In this document: in pieces, positions 47,211 through 57,606 of the stretch
Position numbering within the stretch: the first letter of the stretch is position 1
How the letters are laid out: each line of letters begins with the position of its first letter
Source of the DNA: an uncultured Gemmatimonadales bacterium
Lineage (GTDB): Bacteria > Gemmatimonadota > Gemmatimonadetes > Gemmatimonadales > Gemmatimonadaceae
Direction: 5' to 3'
NCBI GenBank assembly: GCA_963701965.1
Contig: OY969695.1
Span: 320,001-384,000 of the forward strand
Length of the DNA stretch: 64,000 bases
Translations under genes and position numbers: made by a program
The notes under the pieces: generated by a model
What the model was told of the DNA's origin: nothing
Database searches by the model: none
The model's input: only the letters and a program-made list of their open reading frames with translations

Positions 47211-47252
47211 GTGGACCAATGGGGCGTGCCCGTGGATCAATGGGGCGTGCCG
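47211..47252. repeat. Two 21-bp tandem repeats upstream of the RHS gene
   Basis: GTGGACCAATGGGGCGTGCCC followed by GTGGATCAATGGGGCGTGCCG. Confidence 0.85.
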
Positions 47253-47372
47253 CAGATAATAGCACGATCCATCCGCCCTTGCCCCATTCACGCCTTCCGT
47301 CTCATACCTTGTACCGACTCGACGCTCGGCACTGCGGTTGCGGTACGCCGACACCTGGCGACGTGGTAGGGT

Positions 47373-47468
47373 CTATTCGTCCCGACGCCCGCGGGATCAC
47401 GTGGGGCGCGAGATCAATGTCGTAGGCGAAGTCGCCGGCGCTCGTCACGTTAGCGACCAGCTTGACCG
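47373..47468 (-). pseudogene. 3' fragment of a paralog of the 49798-50349 gene
   Basis: Encodes VKLVANVTSAGDFAYDIDLAPHVIPRASG; near-identical direct repeat of 49798-49892. Confidence 0.85.
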
Positions 47469-47485
47469 CTGCCCCGCGTCATCGG

Positions 47486-47939
47486 CTACGTCGGCGGCAC
47501 CTTTGGCTTCCGTCGTTTCGGCTCGACGCGTCCGGCCGCAGTCACGACAAATTGAGCCTGGGAGATGGAGTTCGAGGCCAATGCGTCCACGGTGTAGCAA
47601 CCGGGCGTGAGCGTCCGCGGCATCGTCCCACTCGTCCGCCAGCTCGTATCGGGCGCCACGCCGAGCGTGTACACCGCCGGACTCTCGCGTCTGGCTGCAC
47701 TGGGGGCGACGGACCAGAACAGCTTCTCGGTCGCCCGCTCGCACCCGGTGGCGATGCTAACAGACCACACGTCTCCGGGCGGTTCGGACGGACGCCCCAG
47801 CCACCCAAGTCGTACCTGCACCCTCGACGGAGTCAATGTATCGAGGAGCGTGACCGAGAACAGGTTCTGACATCCAACAAGTGCCAGCGTCAACGAGACG
47901 CAGGCCAGGCATTCGATAAGAATGCGAATGGGTTCGCAT
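47486..47939 (-). CDS. Lipoprotein paralog of 42214-42645, one apparent extra base just after ATG 47939
   Basis: LALVG-CQNLFSVTLLDTLTPSRVQVRLG...SIATGC...PGCYTV...ASNS. Confidence 0.75.
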
Positions 47940-47946
47940 GTCGTGG

Positions 47947-49219
47947 TCAGTCGGCCAGCCGAAAGGCATCGGCCATGTGCTCCCGCTCTCGCGCAGAGAC
48001 CGGGAGCTCGCCAGCAATCGTGCGCCATTGCCGCACGACCGCACGACTGCGCGTGATGATCTCGTTCGCGTCGCGCGCCGCAATGCGAAAGTATGGCGCG
48101 ACCGATCGCGCCAGATCGAGATCGATCGCGTTGTCGACCTCACTGACGTTGAGTGTCAGGCTGCGCGCTTCCGGCACGGGATTCATGTCAAAAAGCTTCG
48201 GACAATCGCCAGCCCTTGCCGGGCACGAAAATGAACCCATGGTTGCGCAAATGATCATCCGAGTTGGATACGAGCATGTTGAATGCGATCCGCGTCCACA
48301 GCTGACGCAAATCCCCATCGGTCTGCGCCCCGTGGTCGGTCAGCACCCGAGCGATCTCCAGATAGCTCGTGCCAGTCGACGCATCGTCGCCATCGGTGCG
48401 CCCCGTGAGGGTCATGGCCGACGCGAAATGGAGTCGCCGTCCCTGCGGCGTCCGGTCGAACCGCTTGACCAGAAATGTGTGGTACGGTTTCGCGAAGCGC
48501 CGCGCCAGACTCTCCGGCACGTGCACGCCGCAAGCGCTGGCTAGCGTTTGGACGAGGAGCTCCCATGCGCCGACGTCGTGCGTGTCGCTGGCGCTGGGAA
48601 ACTTGGCGATCCACAGGCGGCCGTCGGGATCGACAACGCTTGTCTTCGGTCGGGCGCCGCCGAGCGACCCTCCCGGCGCGATCAACAAGCGGAGCCAGTC
48701 ATCGCCCGCCGGCGCCGTATTGTCCTCGTCGCGCTCCAGCGCGAGACTCGCTGCCTGCAGCTCGCGCAATCGAACGAACGGCGGCGCCGCCAGTCCGTCC
48801 TGATTGTCGAGAAAGTCGCCGGTGTCGTCGCGACGAAAGCGCAGCGCGCCGGCGCGGAAGGCGTCGTGTACGCCGAGAAGATAGTCGGCCTCGTGCAACC
48901 GAACGCTTTTCGCACTTGGCCGGCCCGCTGCTGGCGCTCCAACCGGCGGTGCATGATGAGACGTCCCCAGCGATCAGGCCTGGCATCGGCGAAAACGCCA
49001 AAGGTCGTGCGCCCCTGCGGTGGGTATTGCCGGCCACTGAACAGGCCGAGCCGAGGATCGAGCTGCAGGTTGACGACCGGCGGACTGGAGAGGACCGCGG
49101 CGTCGAACTCGAACTCGAACACATCGTGTCGAGGGCCGGGCCGGGCGTGGAAGCAGACCGAGGCGCAGCGGTGCCGGTAGCCCATGCCAGTCCGCATACA
49201 CGCCGATCAGGACGCTCAC
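47947..49219 (-). CDS. HipA-family kinase toxin with three frameshifts (pseudogene or sequence error)
   Basis: VYADW, PDRWG, GSLGGARPK, WIAKFPS, RFDR, NSDDHLRNHGF, DMNP across four segments. Confidence 0.85.
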
Positions 49220-49223
49220 GCGC

Positions 49224-49706
49224 TCAACGCCTCTGCTTCGACCCGGACGTGGCGGGCTCGATCAAGTGGGCCAGAGCGTTCGAGGAGACGAAGCCTTGCT
49301 TCTTGATCCAATCGCCGGCATCGGGCGCCGCCCGTCGCGGCGGTCGCCCCTCCCTGACCGCCGGAGCGGAGCGCGGCATCGCGGGCGAGGGTCGGCTCCC
49401 GGTCGGCTTCCGGCGGTGGGTTGACAGTCGGGCGTCTTGCAACTCACGGCCAACCGGATCGGCTTGCGCCAACACATCGAGATCGCGCTCGACTCCAAGA
49501 ACCTGCATGACCGCCAAATAGGCTCCGATGGTCACCCCAGCGCCGCCGCGTTCGACGCTGCGCAGAGTCATCGCGGACATGCCAGCTCGCTCCGCCACCT
49601 GCTTGGCGGAAAGCCGGCGCCGCAAACGCGCGACACTGAGCCGCTGGCCGAATTGACGCAGGAGCTCGGCGGTTGCCGGAAGAACGGGAGCGGTCGTCTT
49701 GGCCAT
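49224..49706 (-). CDS. XRE-family HTH antitoxin (HipB-like)
   Basis: GQRLSVARLRRRLSAKQVAERAGMSAMTLRSVERG; immediately upstream of hipA. Confidence 0.85.
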   Translation of the reverse strand: MAKTTAPVLPATAELLRQFGQRLSVARLRRRLSAKQVAERAGMSAMTLRSVERGGAGVTIGAYLAVMQVLGVERDLDVLAQADPVGRELQDARLSTHRRKPTGSRPSPAMPRSAPAVREGRPPRRAAPDAGDWIKKQGFVSSNALAHLIEPATSGSKQRR

Positions 49707-49797
49707 AGTGCCAATATTAATTAGAGCACTAATGCCGCAATGACGCCAGAATATTTACACTTTCTGTGGCTGTCGCCCGCGCGACCGGGACACCGGT

Positions 49798-50349
49798 CTA
49801 TTCGCCCGACGCCCGCGGGATCACATGGGGCGCGAGATCGAGGTCGTAGGCGAAGTCACCGGCACTCGTCACGTTGACCACGAGCTTGACCAGCGAGGTC
49901 ACCGTGGCATCGAGGTCCCACCCATGTTGCACGCTCCGCCCGATCGCCGAGTCCAGCGCGGTCTGGTGCGTCAGGTAGGGCTCGAAACGCAGGGGCTGCC
50001 GCGAGGCGACCAGCAGGATATAGGGCTTTTGACCTACGTTGTCTGAAAGCAGTGCGAGGCGGCGATCCTCGGAGCGAATGCTGGCGGGCCGTAGCGACTG
50101 CATGTGGGTCCCCGCGCGCTCGGCCTGGCTCGGCAAGTTGTACGGGTAGAGCAACGCGACGCCGCGACCGGGCAGGATCACGAACATGGCGACGTAGGCG
50201 CGATCGTTGAGCGAGTAGCCGAACTCGCGGTCGTTGAACGTCGGCTGCACGGGCAAGAATGCCGCCTCGAGTGGAGTGGCGGAAGGCTGCTGAGCGAGAG
50301 CGACCCCAGCGAGCATCGGCAACGCAAGGACCGCAAGTGCTGCGCGCAT
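49798..50349 (-). CDS. Secreted hypothetical protein, DUF4384-like
   Basis: Signal MRAALAVLALPMLAGVALA-Q, AYVAMFVILPGRGVALLYP, YILLVASRQPL. Confidence 0.7.
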   Translation of the reverse strand: MRAALAVLALPMLAGVALAQQPSATPLEAAFLPVQPTFNDREFGYSLNDRAYVAMFVILPGRGVALLYPYNLPSQAERAGTHMQSLRPASIRSEDRRLALLSDNVGQKPYILLVASRQPLRFEPYLTHQTALDSAIGRSVQHGWDLDATVTSLVKLVVNVTSAGDFAYDLDLAPHVIPRASGE

Positions 50350-50362
50350 TGATTGTCTCCGT

Positions 50363-50600
50363 TTAGGGAATGACGTCAGGAGCGAGATCGAAGTCGTAGG
50401 GACAGAGCAGCGCGACGCCATGCTCGGGCGAAATCACGAACATCGCGACGTACGCGCGATCGTTGAGCAGGTACGAGAACTCCCGGTCGACCGAGGGCGG
50501 TGGCGGCAGCAGCGTGATCTCGAGAGGACGGGCCGGCGCTTGGGCCCCAAGCGGCGGCAGCCAACAATGGCAGAACGGAGACCGCGAGACCTGCGCGCAT
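50363..50600 (-). pseudogene. Internally deleted, frameshifted paralog of 49798-50349
   Basis: MRAGLAVSVLPLLA start; DREFSYLLNDRAYVAMFVISPEHGVALLCPY joined directly to DFDLAPDVIP. Confidence 0.8.
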
Positions 50601-50694
50601 CCAACCGCCTCCACGAGAGACGTGCCTGATGTTTATACGTGCGCGGTCGTCACTTCGTTCCCGATCACGTATTGCAGAACGGCAATGCCGACGA

Positions 50695-51636
50695 TTAGGG
50701 CCGCGCCAACGCGCGCCGCGCGTGCTCTTCGTCGCGTCCGAGTTGCGCCTTGAGCGCGTCGATGCCGTCGAACCGGCGCGTGTCGCGGAGCCGCGCGATG
50801 AACTCGACGCGGACGTGAACGCCGTACCAGTCGCCATCAGTGTCGAACAGGTGCGCTTCGAGCGTCACGTTCGTCTCGCCGAACGTAGGACGCGGCCCGA
50901 GGTTCATCATCCCGCCAAACGGTCCCTTCGGCGTCTGCACCCGGACCGCGTACACGCCCTCCGGCGGCAAGAGCTTGCGCGGTGAGGGGAGCGGCAGGTT
51001 GAGCGTGGGATAGCCGATCGTGCGCCCGCGCTGCGCCCCGCGCATCACGATGCCGCTCACGGCGTAGGGGCGGCCCAGCGCCGCGGTCGCGCTGCGCAGA
51101 TCGCCGCCCGCCACCGCGCGGCGGATCGACGTCGACGAGATGGGCCGGCCGTCGTCCCCCGTCGTCGGCGGCACGATCTCCACCCGGAACCCGCGCCGCG
51201 CACCAATCGCGCGGACGGTCTCGACGTCGCCCTCCCGGCCCCGGCCGAACCCGTTGTCGTACCCGCTCAACATCTCCCGCATGCGGAACCGCCCCCGCAA
51301 CACGACGTCGATGAACTGCTCGGCCGAGTAGCGCGCCAACGTCGGTGTGAAGGGCAACACGGCGCAGTAGTCGATGCCGCTCTCGGCCAGCACTTCGGTG
51401 CGCTCCTCGCCGACCGTGAGCAGCGGGCGCGCCGCCGCCGGGTTCACGACCTCCAGCGGATGCGGCTCGAACGTCACCAGCACGCTCTTGCAGCCGGTCT
51501 CGCGCGAGCGCGCCGCCAAGCGCGCCAACACCGCCTGATGCCCGCGATGCACGCCATCGAACGTACCGACCGTCACGACAGTGGCATCGACAGCCGGTGG
51601 AAGGCCCGACGCCGTACCGTCGTCCGACCAGCTCAC
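50695..51636 (-). CDS. ribF: Bifunctional riboflavin kinase / FAD synthetase
   Basis: GTFDGVHRGH, ISSTSIR, GRTIGYPTLN, LEAHLFD. Confidence 0.96.
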   Translation of the reverse strand: MSWSDDGTASGLPPAVDATVVTVGTFDGVHRGHQAVLARLAARSRETGCKSVLVTFEPHPLEVVNPAAARPLLTVGEERTEVLAESGIDYCAVLPFTPTLARYSAEQFIDVVLRGRFRMREMLSGYDNGFGRGREGDVETVRAIGARRGFRVEIVPPTTGDDGRPISSTSIRRAVAGGDLRSATAALGRPYAVSGIVMRGAQRGRTIGYPTLNLPLPSPRKLLPPEGVYAVRVQTPKGPFGGMMNLGPRPTFGETNVTLEAHLFDTDGDWYGVHVRVEFIARLRDTRRFDGIDALKAQLGRDEEHARRALARP

Positions 51637-52505
51637 GCCTCGTCTCCCAGCACCACCCGCGGCTGCCAGTCCGTCCCCTGCCGCTCGGCCACCGCGATGA
51701 GCCGACGGTCGCGATCGACGAGCGCGGCCCACTCACCGCCCGCCACCGCGCTCACCGTGAGACCGCGCCGCACGCGATCGATCCCCTCGGTGTCGATCGC
51801 CTCCACCGGCAACCCCACGAGCCCGTCGAGCGGCGGCCGAATATGCCGGTCCGGCTCGGCGGCGACCACGTCCAACGTCACGGCATCGTGGACATGAAAT
51901 GGCCCGCTCGAGATACGGCGAAGCGCTACCAGGTGCGCGGCGCTGCGCGCCGCGCGACCGATATCTCGCGCCAAGGCGCGGATGTAGGTGCCGCCGCTGC
52001 AGGTAATTGACGCACGTAGCGTGGTGCCATCGTACGCCGAGACGTCCCAGGCGTGCACCGTCACCTGGGAAGGAGCCAGCGTCAGCGGCGCGCCACTCCG
52101 CGCCGCGGCGTAGGCCCGCCGCCCACCCACCTGCTTGGCCGAGTACGCCGGCGGCTCCTGCGCGATGACCCCGCTGAGCGCCGCCACCCCCGCGTCGAGC
52201 GCATCGCGGTCGGGCGGCGACGCCGTGCGCGTCGGCAGCCCCGTGAGATCGTCGGTGTCCGTCTCGTGACCGAACACGATCGTCGCGTCGTACACCTTGG
52301 GCTCGCCCGCCAAATAGGGCAACAGGCGCGTGGCGCGCCCCAAGAGCAACACCAGCAGCCCCGTCGCGAACGGATCGAGCGTCCCCGCATGACCGACGCG
52401 ACGCTGCCGGGTCACGCGCCGCACGATCGCCACGACGTCGTGCGATGTGCGCCCGGCGGGTTTGTCGATCAGGAGCAACCCGTCAGGCAGTCCCGCTCCC
52501 ATCAT
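51633..52505 (-). CDS. truB: tRNA pseudouridine(55) synthase
   Basis: DKPAGRTSHDVV, GHAGTLDPFATG, CSGGTYIRALARD. Confidence 0.96.
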   Translation of the reverse strand: MMGAGLPDGLLLIDKPAGRTSHDVVAIVRRVTRQRRVGHAGTLDPFATGLLVLLLGRATRLLPYLAGEPKVYDATIVFGHETDTDDLTGLPTRTASPPDRDALDAGVAALSGVIAQEPPAYSAKQVGGRRAYAAARSGAPLTLAPSQVTVHAWDVSAYDGTTLRASITCSGGTYIRALARDIGRAARSAAHLVALRRISSGPFHVHDAVTLDVVAAEPDRHIRPPLDGLVGLPVEAIDTEGIDRVRRGLTVSAVAGGEWAALVDRDRRLIAVAERQGTDWQPRVVLGDEA

Positions 52506-52893
52506 TGCTCGGGGTGTCGTCCCGCGCCTCGCGCTCTGGTGCCTCGCGCGCCAACCCTTCCAGCAACGACTCGATGCGCGCCGCATACGCGACACTCTTG
52601 TCCGGCCGGAACTCGATCTCCGGCGCCACGCGCAATCGGAGCGACCGCCCGATGCGCGTGCGCAGATGATGCGCCGCGCTGGCCAACCCCTCGAACGTCG
52701 CCGACTGCTCGGCTTCGCTCCCCATGACGGTCACGAAGACTTTGGCGTGCCGGAGATCGCGCGTCACCTCGGCGCCCGTGACCGTGACGAACCCGCGCAC
52801 GCGCGGATCCTTCACGTCCTCGGCGAGGAACGTCGCCACCTCCTCCCGGATCGCCTCGGCCACGCGATCCGGCCGCCGCGTATGTACGGTCAT
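52483..52893 (-). CDS. rbfA: Ribosome-binding factor A
   Basis: RRPDRVAEAIREE, DLRHAKVF, LRVAPEIEF. Confidence 0.95.
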   Translation of the reverse strand: MTVHTRRPDRVAEAIREEVATFLAEDVKDPRVRGFVTVTGAEVTRDLRHAKVFVTVMGSEAEQSATFEGLASAAHHLRTRIGRSLRLRVAPEIEFRPDKSVAYAARIESLLEGLAREAPEREARDDTPSNDGSGTA

Positions 52894-52907
52894 GCCCACC
52901 CTCACCG

Positions 52908-55900
52908 TCAGGGCGCGGGAGCCAGCGTCCGCGCGCGCTCTTCGGTGCGATACGCCTCGATCACATCGCCGACCTTGAGATCGTTGAAGTTCTCGATCCC
53001 AATACCGCACTCGAACCCCGCCCGCACTTCCCGCACGTCGTCCTTGAACCGCCGCAGCGACGAGATGCGCCCGTCGTAGACCTGCGAGCCATTGCGAATG
53101 ACCCGCACGCGCCCTTCGCGCGTGATGACCCCCGTCCGCACCGAGCACCCGGCGATGACGCCGATCTTCGCGACCTTGAACAGCTCGCGCACCTCGGCGT
53201 CCCCGTCGATGACCTCGCGCTGCTCCGGCCGGAGCATGCCTTCGAGCGCCGCCCGCACATCGGCCACAGCCTCGTAGATGATCCGGTACAGCTTGATCTC
53301 GACGCCCTCGCGCTCCGCCGTCGCCCGGGCGTTGTTGTCCGGACGCACGTGGAACCCGACGATGATCGCGCCCGACGCCTTGGCCAATAGCACGTCGCTC
53401 TCGCTGACGGCGCCGACGCCGCGATGGATGACCTGCACCTCGACCTCGCTGGTCGAGAGCTGCCCCAACGCGTCCGCCAACGCTTCCGCCGGACCGCCCT
53501 GGTCCGCCTTGATCACGATGCGCAACGACCGCCGCTCGCCGGCCGCCGTCTGCGCCATGAAATCTTCCAACGTGACGCCGGCCCGCGCCGACGTGCGGCG
53601 ATTGCGCGCTTCGCGATCGAGGCGCTCGCGCTTCTGCGCCGTCTCCCGCGCGTCCGTCGCGTCCTCGACGACCACGAGCACGTCGCCGGCCGTCGGGACC
53701 TTTTGCAGACCCAACACCTGCACCGGGATCGCGGGACCCGCTTCCTTCACGTTCTTATTGCGCTCGTCGAGCAACGCGCGCACGCGGCCGGAGTACATGC
53801 CGCAGATGAAATCGTCCCCGACGCGCAGCGTGCCATTCTCCACGAGCACCGTGGCCACCGGCCCCTTGCCCGGGTCGAGCTGCGCCTCGATGACGGCGCC
53901 GGTCGCCCGACGGTCCGGGTTGGCGCGGAGATCCAGGATCTCGGCCTGCAGCAGAATCTGCTCCAGCAACGTGTCGACGGCTGTGCCCTTCTTGGCCGAG
54001 ATCGGCGTCGCCAGGGTCTGTCCGCCGAACTCCTCGAGCACCACGCCTTGCTGCAAGAGATCCTGCTTCACCTTCATCACGTTGGCGGCCGGCAGGTCGA
54101 TCTTGTTGATCGCCACGATCATCGGCACGCCGGCGTTCTTGGCGTGCGAGATGGCTTCGATCGTCTGCGGCATGACCCGATCGTCCGCGGCCACCACCAA
54201 CACCACGATGTCCGTGACCTGCGCGCCCCGGGCGCGCATGGCGGTAAACGCCTCGTGGCCCGGGGTGTCGAGGAACGTGATCGACTTGCCCTTGGGCAGC
54301 GTGACGTGATACGCGCCAATGTGTTGCGTGATACCGCCCGCTTCACCCGCCACGACGTTCGCCTTGCGGATGTAGTCGAGCAACGACGTCTTCCCATGGT
54401 CGACGTGACCCATGATCGTCACCACCGGCGGCCGCGGCACCAACGTCGCCGGATCCTCCTCCACCTCGGGCACACCCGCCTCGGCGGCGTACTCCGCCTC
54501 CTTGACGGCGCGGAACCCGTACTCGCCCGCGATCAACTCGATCTGATCGAAGTCGAGCCGCTGGTTGATCGTCACCATGAAGCCGAGGTTCTTGAGGGCG
54601 AACGCGACGATCTGCGTCGCGGGCACCTTCAGGGTCTCCCCGAGCTCGCTCACCGTAATGAACTCGTTCACGCGCACGGTCTTGCGCTCGCGCTCGGCCT
54701 CGGCGGCGCGCGCCGCTTCCAACTCCTCGCGCGAGACAGCTTCGTCGAACCGCCGGCGCCCGCCCGTGCTGCGGCCCACCGGGCCGCGCATCGCGGTCAT
54801 CGTGCGATTGATGTTCGCCGACACGGCTTCCTGGTCGACCATGCCGCGCTTGCCCTTCTTGCGACGGCCGGCGCCCGACATCGGACCCTGGCCCATCGGC
54901 GGGCCGCCGCCCGTACTCGGGCGCTTGTCGTCGCGGCGCGCCGGTGGTGCGGCGCTGCCGCCCGTCGCACCGCCAGGCGCGGCGGACGCCACCGGTCGCG
55001 GCGCGTTGTTTTGGTAGTTGCCGCCGCCGGACGACGGGCGATTCTGGCGCGGGGCGCCGGGTACGAACGGGCGCGGCGCGCCGGGCACCGCCGGACGCGG
55101 ACGATTGCCCTCGGGCGCACTCGGCGCCGAGTCGGACCGCGTCGGCGCGGAGGTATACGGAGCGCTCGGGCGCGGCCGCTGCGCGGCCTCGCCACGCGCG
55201 TCGCCGTGCGATTCCGGACGACTCTCCGGACGGGCTCCGGGCGCGACTCCTGTCGCGTCTCCGATCGAGCGTCCGGTCGCGAGTCTGGTCTCGTCTCTGG
55301 ACGGGTCTCCGACCGCCCATCAGCGCGATGCTCGGGGCGAGCCTCGACGCGGGGCGTCTCCGATCGCCCTTCCGTGCGACCCTCCGTCCGCACATCAGCA
55401 GGCTGACGCGGCGCCTGCTCCGTCTCCAGCGTCTCCGCGTCGTTGGCTTCCTCGGCCTCGAGCTCGACGGCGGCGGCCGCGGCTTCGGCCGCTTCCGCGG
55501 CGGCTTCGGCGGCTGCCTCGGCTGCTGCTTCAGCGGCCTCCGCGGCCGCTTGCTGCACGTCAGCCGCGCGGCGGCGGCGGACGCCGCCCGTCGGCGCGGC
55601 CGTCGCCGATCCGTTCGCCACGCTGGCGGCGGGGGTCGCCGTGGTCGTGGATGCCGGTGCGTCGGCGGACGGCCGTCGCGCCCGCGCTCGCCGCCGGGGC
55701 CGCGGCCGCACCACGGCGACGCCGCGCCGGCGCCGCCGGCTGGGTCGCGCGTACACGCTTCTCGCGCTCCCAGCGGGCTCGCACGCGCGCGACTTGCTCG
55801 TCCGTCAGCGGGCTCAGATGGCTGCGGACCGACACGTCCATCGCGCGCAGCAAATTCATCACCTCGTCCGGCGAGATGCCGAATTCGCCCGCCATATCGT

Positions 55901-55919
55901 GTACGCGAAGCTTGCTCAC
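52908..55919 (-). CDS. infB: Translation initiation factor IF-2, apparent indels in the GC-rich N-terminal linker
   Basis: MSKLRVHDMA IF2-N domain at 55919; GHVDHGKT, DTPGHEAF, NKID, ECGI in the downstream ORF. Confidence 0.96.
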
Positions 55920-55928
55920 ACCATCCTC

Positions 55929-56300
55929 CTAAAGGGCTCCACGAGAGCCCGAGTCCACTAGCGCGCGAATGCCCTTCGCCAACTGATGGTCCACGATCCC
56001 GACCGCCGCCGCCGTCTCCCGTCCCACCGCCGCGCCAAGCTGCGCCGCGCTTGGCACGTTCACGAACGGCACCCGCCGCGCATGGAGCAATGGTACCACT
56101 TTCTCCAGACTGTGCCGCGACGCATCGGGCGCGATGACCGCAAACGCGAGCCGCCCGCGGAACGCGGCTTCACGCACCTGCTGGATGCCAACGACGGCGA
56201 GCCGCCCGCGCACCCCCAGCCCGATCAAACCCAACAACTTCGGGACGATCTCCAGGCGCGCGTCAGGCAGTCGCTCCTCCTTCCCGTCCCGCCGCGGCAT
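55929..56300 (-). CDS. L7Ae/L30e family RNA-binding protein (YlxQ-like)
   Basis: LLGLIGLGVRGRLAVVG, APDAS, LGAAVGR; between nusA and infB. Confidence 0.85.
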   Translation of the reverse strand: MPRRDGKEERLPDARLEIVPKLLGLIGLGVRGRLAVVGIQQVREAAFRGRLAFAVIAPDASRHSLEKVVPLLHARRVPFVNVPSAAQLGAAVGRETAAAVGIVDHQLAKGIRALVDSGSRGAL

Positions 56301-57606
56301 CCGCGCCTTCGTCCGTCGTCAACTCGTCGATGATCGACATGATCCGATCAGCTTCGGCCGGCGCGATGCCCGGCAAACGCAGCAGATCCTCACGCTCCAA
56401 GTCGATCACGTCGTTCAACGTGCGGTATCCTGCCTCCTCCAAGACCGCGACCGTCGCCGGCTCGAGGCCTTGGATTTCCGACAACTTCACATCGCCTTCG
56501 TCGGCCGTCGACGCCTCCTCGGGCAGCGGCGCGAAGAGCGGCGCCTCGCCGGCGCGCTCCAGCCATTCGCGGCTCGAGTACAGGTCGATCTTCCACTCGG
56601 TCAGCTCCGACGCCAACCGCACGTTCTGCCCGTTGCGTCCGATCGCCAGCGAGAGCTGGTCTTCGTCGACGACGGCTTGGATGGTCTTGGTCGACGGATC
56701 GGAGAACACCCGGGCCACGCGCGCCGGGGCCAGCGCCAGCTTGGCGAACCGCTCGGGGTCCGACGACCAGGGCACGATGTCGATGCGCTCGCCGCCCAAC
56801 TCGTTCACGACGGCCTGCACCCGCGAGCCCTTGAGACCCACGCAGGCGCCAACGGGATCGATCGAGTCGTCGCGCGAAAAGACGGCGATCTTGGTCCGGC
56901 TGCCGACCTCGCGCGCCGAGGCGCGAATGTCGACGATGCCCTGCTGAATCTCGGGGACTTCGAGCTTGAACAGCGCCTTCACGAAGAGCGCGTCGGCGCG
57001 GCTCAGAATGAGGCGCGGCCCTTTGGGGGTCTCCTCGACGCGCTTGAGCACCGCGCGAATGGGTTCGCCCTGATGGAAATGCTCGCGATGGTTCTGCTCC
57101 CGATACGGAATGATCGCTTCCGCCTCGCGGAACTTGTTGAGCATCACGACGAGCTTGCCGCGCTCGATCTGCTGAATCTCACCCGACAACAGCTCACCCA
57201 CCCGGCCCGTGAACTCATCGCGGATCTTCGACCGCTCGCCTTCGCGGACGCGCTGGATGATGCGCTGCTTCGCGGCCTGCACGGCCGTGCGGCCGAACTC
57301 CGCGAAATCCACCGGAATCTCCATGACGTCGCCGACCTGGAACTCGGGATCCTCGAACCGGGCGTCCTCGAGCGACGTCTCCTTGCTGGGATCCTCGACC
57401 GTCTCCACGACGTTCTTGAGCAGCGTGATGTTCAGCGTGCCGCGGTCGTCGTCGATCACGACCTCGGCCTGTACGTTGGCGCCATGCTTCTTCGCGAGCG
57501 CGGCCATGATGCCGTCCTTGAGGAGCTCCTGCAGCTCCTGGCGGCCGAGACTCTTCGAGTTCGAGAGCTCGCGGATCGCAGTGAGGATTTCAGCCGAGCC
57601 GACCAT
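56263..57606 (-). CDS. nusA: Transcription termination factor NusA
   Basis: FGRTAVQAAKQ, LEVPEI, DPVGACVG, SLAIGRNGQNVRLA. Confidence 0.97.
   Translation of the reverse strand: MVGSAEILTAIRELSNSKSLGRQELQELLKDGIMAALAKKHGANVQAEVVIDDDRGTLNITLLKNVVETVEDPSKETSLEDARFEDPEFQVGDVMEIPVDFAEFGRTAVQAAKQRIIQRVREGERSKIRDEFTGRVGELLSGEIQQIERGKLVVMLNKFREAEAIIPYREQNHREHFHQGEPIRAVLKRVEETPKGPRLILSRADALFVKALFKLEVPEIQQGIVDIRASAREVGSRTKIAVFSRDDSIDPVGACVGLKGSRVQAVVNELGGERIDIVPWSSDPERFAKLALAPARVARVFSDPSTKTIQAVVDEDQLSLAIGRNGQNVRLASELTEWKIDLYSSREWLERAGEAPLFAPLPEEASTADEGDVKLSEIQGLEPATVAVLEEAGYRTLNDVIDLEREDLLRLPGIAPAEADRIMSIIDELTTDEGADAAAGREGGATA

Noticed and set aside
47947..49219. Firm call of hipA as a pseudogene
   Set aside because: All three shifts are single-base indels in short base runs, the same pattern as in clpC, and essential infB is also broken; this cannot be decided without reads.
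41687..50600. Diversity-generating retroelement or integron
   Set aside because: No reverse transcriptase, integrase or attC sites, and differences between the repeats are not adenine-specific.
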